IMG/VR virus record: IMGVR_UViG_3300042367_000583
Coordinates: 62,001 to 84,017 of that record
DNA from: an uncultured virus (IMG/VR IMGVR_UViG_3300042367_000583)
Lineage: Duplodnaviria; Heunggongvirae; Uroviricota; Caudoviricetes
DNA length: 22,017 nt
Strand: one strand, 5' to 3'
The notes below the pieces were generated by a model. The model did not search any database, was not told the origin of the DNA, and saw nothing but the letters and a program-made list of their open reading frames with translations. Below are positions 16,401-22,017 of the stretch, piece after piece (position 1 is the first letter of the stretch; every line of letters begins with the position of its first letter). The position numbers and the translations under genes were made by a program.

Positions 16401-19400
16401 TCTTGAGAGGCAGGAGAAAAATCTTTTAATCCTAATTTCGCTTTTTCTTCATCCCATGTAAAATCCATAATCTGGTATCTTCCAGATGCCGATGAAGTGG
16501 TCGATCCAAACGGGATTCTTTGTCGTGGATGGTCTGCAAAAGAACTAAATTGTCCATGTCCAAAAAGAGTGTTATATCCCTTATTTGGCATATTGAAAGT
16601 ACCTTCTGCGTAAGCAATAATATCAAGAAAGGCTTTGACGCGAGGATTGTTTAAATGCTGAGATAATTCTTGACCGCGTGGTGTTAACCCCTTGGGAATT
16701 GAAGACGACTGCGGCGGCGGTAAAAACCCTCCCCCATTCCACACAGGAGCAGGGGTGAAATTACTAGGTGCTGGTAGTATCAAACCTTCCTTAGCTTTTC
16801 TAATTGCCTCAGCAGTTTCCTCTATACTTTTTACTAAGTCTTCTCCAGAAGTCTTGATATTTGGGGGAATAGCTATTAACTCAGAATTGATTAATTTAAT
16901 CGGTTCTGGAAGTGTATTAAGATTTGTGACAATATCCTTGATTGATTGGGGAATAAAGCCTAATTCTTTATTGGTTTGTCGGATTAAATCAGCTAGAGTA
17001 CGATTGAGGTCTTCCTGAGTCCGTTTAATATCCTCAATCGTTCTTAGTCTATTTCTTTCAGCGTCTTGCTGTTGCTCTTGTAGATTACGGATATTTCTTA
17101 GGGTAGAGATATAGGAAGTTTCTATCTCCTCGGTTCGGGATTGGAAGGTGCGTCCGCGACTGGCAAGGTCAGCTTGGCCCTGTACAAATTCTAGGAAAAT
17201 GTCCCCTAGTTCTTTACCAGCGTCGCTTGTACCGGGTATTAATAAACGGTTTTTAACTTGCTGTACCCTGATTCTATCAGTCGTATCCAGTAACTGATTT
17301 TGGGCATTTAAGAGGTTCTTATCGAGTTCCCTGACTAAATCAATGTAACTTTCAGATAGGGAACGATTTTCTCTAAAAGCTGACAGTTGAGCATCTTCAA
17401 TCTGTCTTCTATAATCTTCAATCTGACGATTAAAGTCGATTATCTGACGGTCAAGGTTGCGGTAATAGTCTTGTATTTGTTCTTGCTGATCTCTTAAAGA
17501 TAGTTCGGTTTCAGCTATTTGCTGTGTGATATTTGCAATAGCTGTTTTTACTGCTAAAGGATCATCTACGTTTAATACTAATTTTTCTTGCTCTAAGGCT
17601 AATTGATTATAAAGAGCCGCTAAGTTTATCTTGGTTTGTTCCAGTCCGTAGCTAATATTTTGACTGGAGGAGGTTTTATTAGCTAGATTAGTGAGTTGTT
17701 CTGCTTTAACAATTTCTCCACTAGCTTGTTTTTCTTGTATTTGTCTTTTCTTTCTTTCGACAATAATCTCTCGACTAATTTGCTGAATTTCTCTCTCAGC
17801 GTTTAAAATATCTCGTCGAGCGGTTGCGTATTCTTTAGCCTGATTTAAAATATTTCTTAAAGCGGCGTTATCTTTTAGGTCAGATTCGTACTGATCCATT
17901 ATTTGCTGAATAGCATCAGGAGAGAGTAAATTTTCAGCAATTGCTTCACCAAAGCTCGCTACATTTAGCTGTTTTAAGTCTTCTTTAAAGTAAGTGCTTA
18001 AAACTTTATTGGCAGATTTAGATAGCCTTTCGTTTAAAGTATTAGAGATAGAGTTAGCTGAATTTTCTAAAGTGGCGATACGCTCTTTAGCAGTCTGTAA
18101 GCTTTCTTCTTGAACTTTAACATTAAACTGAAATTCATTAATTTTCCCTGATGCAAATTGTTGATTTAATCCAATTGAACGACTTAAACTATTTCCTTCA
18201 TTGGCAAAATTAGCATTAGCTCTTGTTCTTATAGCAAGATCAAAGGCAACTTGTAATTTTCTATATTCTTTTTCTTGGTCTTTCAAGACTTGTAGATAAT
18301 CTTGTTCCGCTTTTTTTAAGTAACCAATTATAGTCACGAGGTCTTTTTTACGTTGTATGTAAGCAATGTCAGTTATATCTCTATTCTTAAAGCTTTGCTC
18401 TAACGATGCTAACGCTATCTCATATTGCTGAAGGTCGGCAGTAATTCTTGACCCAACGGGACCTAACTGTTTATTAATTAGCTCCTGTTCTCGCTTCATT
18501 AAATTCTGCTCTTGCTGGTTAAATTCAGATACAGATCGGTCGTTTCCTTCTGTGCTTGCAATTGTTCTTTCTGCTCTAACTAAAGCTAAATTATTTCTGA
18601 TTTCTTGTAATTCAGATGAAAATTGTTTGCTACCTGAAAAATTAGATAAAGTGTCTTGATATTCTTTGAGATTTCCGACTCCAGTAGCCAGAGATTTATC
18701 AATGTTTTCTAGTCCTTGTCGTAATTCTAATAGTGACATAAGCCATTTAGAATTATAAACAAGCCCTAGTGTTAGAACATTAAAAAACTTTTCTCCTCCA
18801 GACAATTCCATATCAGGCAAAAAGCTTGTTAAGCCTTTGCGATTACTGTTATCGGTTTTGTTTTGCCAAACATCAAGAGCTTTTTTAGACTCTTCTAGGG
18901 TTCTTACAGCTTGTTTTAGTTCTTCGCTACCAGCATTTAATGCGTTATAAACAAATTGAATACCAGTTATCACCGCAGTAGGGATAGCCAATGCTTTAAT
19001 TAATCCTATTCCTGCTAAAGTAGCAAGGTTTATAGATACTTTTAATTTACCCATGGCTGTAGCTGTAGATAGAGATGCTACTCCGGCAACTTGTAAGGAT
19101 GCACTCATAGCAGCGCTGGCAACGGCTCCTAACCGACCCGCTGCCGCAAATTGCATGACTGATTTTCCTAAGAATCCCATGACTGACAGTAACCCTGCGG
19201 CTCCCACTGATGCCACAGTCCCTAGATTGTCATTCAAGGTACTCAAGACGGCATTTAATGCCTGTAAAGCAGGGTAAGCGGCTACTCCAATTTTTTCCCC
19301 TAACTGCATTTGAAGCTGTTCGGTATTGTTCTGGAATCGAGAGATTTCCGATTGTAAAGTTTCGGTAGAAAGAGAAAGACCTCCGGCACTCATCCGTTTA

Positions 19401-22017
19401 TATTCAGCCGCTAACCGAGGTAAAACATCTTGTACTAAGAGATTGCCTGCTGATGCTTGTTGATAAAATTGAGCAGTGGTCAGCCCTATTGATCGGGCGG
19501 CTACATTTAAAGCGTCGTTTAACCCTCCTGACTCGCTCAATTGCTGTGTGAATTCTTCAACGGAAACAACAGCTTTAGAGGCTATTTGCCCGATAGCTCT
19601 AAAAGATTCAGCTTGTTGTTGGGCATTGGTTTGTCGCGCTGCTAATGCCTCTTGGAATCCTTCAAAAATATTATCTGCCTGCGCTTGTAGTGGAGAATCA
19701 GTAGTAATTAATTTGAATCTGCTATAAGCAATAGCGGATTCTTTAAAGGATATTCCTAATTTGTCAGCCCTTGCCACTAAAGCGTCAAGAGATTGTTCTA
19801 CGTTGCCTACACCGGCAAGATTTAAATTTAATTTAATTCTTTGTAGCTCAGTAAAAGCAAGTAAAGAATCAGTAACAGCTTGTTGAATCCTAAAAGGAAT
19901 ATCGTCAATAGCAAAAAGTAGAGGTCGCAATAAAAATTCTGCTCCTTTGAAAAGAGCAAATCCCCCAATTGCCGCCATAGCACCTTTACGAAGATTGATC
20001 ATACCTCCTGTAGCGGCATTAAGTTCTTGGTCGAGAGTTCTGAGTGCTTTGCCACCAACCGAGAGGAAATTAATAAATCCGTCCGCTTGGGCAATAGCAG
20101 CTTTTAGTCCGCTCACAATGCCGTCTGTAAAGCCATTAGAAACGCCCGCTTTTTCAATACTATCGAGAGCGTTAAAAATGTTGTCTCGTTTTTTATTCCA
20201 GTCGTCAAGAATTTCTTCTCTTGTTGTTTTTGGACGAGCGATGACGGTAGCTCGCTTCATCACTTGAAAAGCGCGGGGAGAAGCGAAAATTCCCGTGTTC
20301 ATCGAGCCTTGAATCTCGTTGATAACCGCTAGGCGTTCCCCTCGGTCTAGTCCCATTTCTTTAACAGCTTGAAGAATCGCTTTTCGGGCTTCTTTTGACC
20401 TCGTCCCGACAAAAAAAGTAAAATCGCTTACCTCTTTATCGAATTGAGTCTCTAGCCTTAATCCGAAGCGAATATGACGCGCCCCTAACGCTAATCCTTC
20501 ATAAAAAAACCGCATTGCTTTCATCGCTTTTTTAGATGGCGAAGCATTCCCCAATCCCTTATTTGTTGCATCAACTATTTCAATTGCAGTTTGATAGGCT
20601 ATTCTTTTGGCATCGTCGCTGTTTACTCCTATTTCTAAACCTTTCTCAAAATTATTGGCTCCTGCTTTACCAGCAACAAACATTAGTTCTGACATATCAG
20701 CGCCGATTGATTTAACAATTGTTCGCAATTTTGACTGTTCGTCAAGGAGTAATGCGCTTAACTCAAAAAATACATCTTTTTTCTGTTTGCCGCTAATTAT
20801 AGATTCCCAAGCTTTATACAACCTTTCAAATTCTGCAATGTTTTGCTTAAGGCTCCCTGGTATTATTCTTTCTTGTGCCATTTTGTCATTGCCAAGCATT
20901 TTATCAAAATCACTAGCATCAGGTTTGTTTACTAGAATAGTGTCATGCAATTCTACTCCTTTCTGCGAAGCTAGTTCTATTACATCATTTTCAAAAGGTT
21001 TGGCGGTATGGCGATTATCTCCCCCTTGATTACTCCACCCAAAAGCTCCTGCTCCCGTTAAAAGAAAATCGTCCCACAATTGTCCTTCTACACCATAAGT
21101 GAACTTATCTTTCGGTCGTTCACCTATTTTATGTTTTTTGAAAAATTCTGGAATATTTACATCTTTTAAATATTCGCGAGTTTCATGATAGCGGCCTTGC
21201 CCACCTCCACGGTATTCCCCAGTTTTGTCATAGTGGCTGTATTCACTTGCACCACGTCCAAAGGAAGCTAGGCTGTCACCAGGATGGAGAAACATTTTAT
21301 CGGGATTAAATAACCCTTCTAAAGCTACTGGCTCAAAACCTCCGTAATTATAGACCGCCAATCCTGTTTCTGGTTGTGTTCGTGGAAAAGCGTTTCCTTT
21401 CCAGACACCGTCTCCAATGAATTTATTAGATGCGTTTTGATGCCACAACCCGTAAATAGGATTGACATTGCTAGAAATATCATCAGGTCGCATCTGAGAT
21501 TCAAATTCTTGCCTTAATCCTCTGTCTTTATTGCTATTAGGATGTAAAGCTTGATAACCATCTTCTAAAATACTTTCTAGATGTTCTCTTTTGGCATAAA
21601 TTAAAAATTTTGCGTCTTGTTTTTGATTAAGTTGCAATCGTTCATTTACGTCTTGAAGAAACTTATCAAAAAATTGTACATACAATTTTGCTTGTTCTTT
21701 TGTTCCTATTTCAAGCCCTCTTATCAAATTTCTACCCGCTTCTTTACCTTTCCAAGATGGTGAAGCATTCCCCAGTCCTTTATTTGTTGCGTCGATAATT
21801 CCAATTGCAACATCTAAAGCGTATTTTTCGCTATTATTATTTTGTAATCCAATATTTAACCCCTTAATATAATTTAACCCAGACTGTTTGCCATCACTGG
21901 AAAACATCGAACTAATCGCTTCAAGGTTTTTTGCGAATACTGGAACGCCAGCACTTAAAGAAGATGCAATAACTTCAATGAGTTTGCGTCCGTAAATATT
22001 GTACTTTTCTTCTATAT
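13439..22017 (-). CDS. Tape measure protein (>2850 aa, 5'-partial) with lysozyme and beta-lactamase-fold domains
   Basis: Frame open from 21907 to the right edge; tape-measure motif (QIASK..VS.EE..QQLSE), coiled coils, GLGNASPS repeats, C-terminal A.GG.VG and NEGELVL motifs. Confidence 0.92.
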   Translation of the reverse strand, partial: IEEKYNIYGRKLIEVIASSLSAGVPVFAKNLEAISSMFSSDGKQSGLNYIKGLNIGLQNNNSEKYALDVAIGIIDATNKGLGNASPSWKGKEAGRNLIRGLEIGTKEQAKLYVQFFDKFLQDVNERLQLNQKQDAKFLIYAKREHLESILEDGYQALHPNSNKDRGLRQEFESQMRPDDISSNVNPIYGLWHQNASNKFIGDGVWKGNAFPRTQPETGLAVYNYGGFEPVALEGLFNPDKMFLHPGDSLASFGRGASEYSHYDKTGEYRGGGQGRYHETREYLKDVNIPEFFKKHKIGERPKDKFTYGVEGQLWDDFLLTGAGAFGWSNQGGDNRHTAKPFENDVIELASQKGVELHDTILVNKPDASDFDKMLGNDKMAQERIIPGSLKQNIAEFERLYKAWESIISGKQKKDVFFELSALLLDEQSKLRTIVKSIGADMSELMFVAGKAGANNFEKGLEIGVNSDDAKRIAYQTAIEIVDATNKGLGNASPSKKAMKAMRFFYEGLALGARHIRFGLRLETQFDKEVSDFTFFVGTRSKEARKAILQAVKEMGLDRGERLAVINEIQGSMNTGIFASPRAFQVMKRATVIARPKTTREEILDDWNKKRDNIFNALDSIEKAGVSNGFTDGIVSGLKAAIAQADGFINFLSVGGKALRTLDQELNAATGGMINLRKGAMAAIGGFALFKGAEFLLRPLLFAIDDIPFRIQQAVTDSLLAFTELQRIKLNLNLAGVGNVEQSLDALVARADKLGISFKESAIAYSRFKLITTDSPLQAQADNIFEGFQEALAARQTNAQQQAESFRAIGQIASKAVVSVEEFTQQLSESGGLNDALNVAARSIGLTTAQFYQQASAGNLLVQDVLPRLAAEYKRMSAGGLSLSTETLQSEISRFQNNTEQLQMQLGEKIGVAAYPALQALNAVLSTLNDNLGTVASVGAAGLLSVMGFLGKSVMQFAAAGRLGAVASAAMSASLQVAGVASLSTATAMGKLKVSINLATLAGIGLIKALAIPTAVITGIQFVYNALNAGSEELKQAVRTLEESKKALDVWQNKTDNSNRKGLTSFLPDMELSGGEKFFNVLTLGLVYNSKWLMSLLELRQGLENIDKSLATGVGNLKEYQDTLSNFSGSKQFSSELQEIRNNLALVRAERTIASTEGNDRSVSEFNQQEQNLMKREQELINKQLGPVGSRITADLQQYEIALASLEQSFKNRDITDIAYIQRKKDLVTIIGYLKKAEQDYLQVLKDQEKEYRKLQVAFDLAIRTRANANFANEGNSLSRSIGLNQQFASGKINEFQFNVKVQEESLQTAKERIATLENSANSISNTLNERLSKSANKVLSTYFKEDLKQLNVASFGEAIAENLLSPDAIQQIMDQYESDLKDNAALRNILNQAKEYATARRDILNAEREIQQISREIIVERKKRQIQEKQASGEIVKAEQLTNLANKTSSSQNISYGLEQTKINLAALYNQLALEQEKLVLNVDDPLAVKTAIANITQQIAETELSLRDQQEQIQDYYRNLDRQIIDFNRQIEDYRRQIEDAQLSAFRENRSLSESYIDLVRELDKNLLNAQNQLLDTTDRIRVQQVKNRLLIPGTSDAGKELGDIFLEFVQGQADLASRGRTFQSRTEEIETSYISTLRNIRNLQEQQQDAERNRLRTIEDIKRTQEDLNRTLADLIRQTNKELGFIPQSIKDIVTNLNTLPEPIKLINSELIAIPPNIKTSGEDLVKSIEETAEAIRKAKEGLILPAPSNFTPAPVWNGGGFLPPPQSSSIPKGLTPRGQELSQHLNNPRVKAFLDIIAYAEGTFNMPNKGYNTLFGHGQFSSFADHPRQRIPFGSTTSSASGRYQIMDFTWDEEKAKLGLKDFSPASQDLVALSRILFRGGLDELFKGDIRGVINATRKEWASFPGANYPGQGMKRMEDLLKVYEQFLRKYQLNAPRTQSELDALRYDGNPANSGASNRIRQIRRNQGGLPTPSTSTPNPSPSVQQQITNRLPKNIQSVLVQEVGGKTVYSKNAQTPPASPASTIKVIIADLIAKEITSGKLSLKDAIAIKLPLVDPHGQLKANQVKTVEQLVQLMLEKSDNTATNVLIDRLGGLTKATELARKEGYKNTTISRYLNIPGSGTPNISTAQDVTLAMQSLIKNQNPASQLAEQSLRQTRNFKYNNEIGGKIGNNSKVIGNVGLVNINGKEYIVTAYANINGNQLNNRKIITNATNAISQSIKDSTSNPSPARVLTKEETKEGKGGPEFSSPPPIAQLPTLPNQNQDNFWDADLPPVLKDNPINFQGPDLPPVPNLPTGNLGAAADQIRNAETANQNAEEFSRRLEEQQNLNNALDRSIKFRRQQEEDARALERTLRDASENVADLTINSKGYLTVQEEINKSATEVSRQYRSQIESLEDQRRTLLLNADAQQKYSDAIKEILGEFQEKGIALPPEFVKEITDSIEVLAKNAELAKEQVAILDQAIEQLGKNQGVATLEASFRKTRDTVRSIRDRLNDLTIQRTQLEFQSRPTLFDDSAILAERISLQKEKEELEDYLEPYKDLPQYAEYVANIRSEWEKLAELRLERVALDASPNRGAAESFFSDIREGKGIGSAFSSLGLNIMTKFVEGITKPAIDALTSAIDGFTKPITQAFESVFNAIIGPVGNFFTNALNSIFKPVGNIFSSIFGGGGGGGLFNGLLSGITGIFSGGLGGLGSIGSLGSIGASSFASAPASAFSLGTGFSLFSDGGKVGDANAPIEKNIISAFQRERAMSGGRKPRLIVANEGELVLTPKETEAYLEYRNNAPIKNYANGGFVGGKPNYSTTSNTNSSNQSLVINNTNNVTVESRNDMGYSLNQLKERENTQNERTKKRFFG

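Noticed and set aside
20434..20444. 11-nt match between spacer 8867-8902 and the TMP gene
   Set aside because: Too short and flanks diverge; not credible self-targeting
13779..21029. Many short ORFs antisense to or nested in the TMP gene (likewise in the tail, recT, Cas and Rha genes)
   Set aside because: Shadow frames of long, well-supported genes

Overview
AT-rich segment of a cyanobacterial (probably Microcystis-like) siphophage or prophage, with almost all genes on the minus strand. In transcription order (right to left): a giant tape-measure protein that runs off the right edge and carries lysozyme, beta-lactamase-fold and possible ART-like domains; an NlpC/P60 peptidase; about 7.3 kb of accessory DNA; a GTA/gpJ-like tail protein; a RecT-like annealase; small hypothetical genes. 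The accessory block holds a compact type V (C2c8/V-U2-like, TnpB-derived) CRISPR locus: a 627-aa RuvC protein with intact catalytic residues and a 7-repeat array with I-D-like repeats, with no cas1/cas2/cas6 in the window. The 3' end of that gene appears to overprint an omegaRNA/tracrRNA-like scaffold and the CRISPR leader, and there is an unannotated divergent ribbon-helix-helix gene and a duplicated promoter. Also present: two tRNAs flanking an orphan HigA-like antitoxin, an RM-methylase C-terminal fragment, a Rha-family regulator, and a ~260-bp inverted-repeat element (two full copies plus one arm) abutting truncated genes. Family calls come from motif recognition only; no searches were run.
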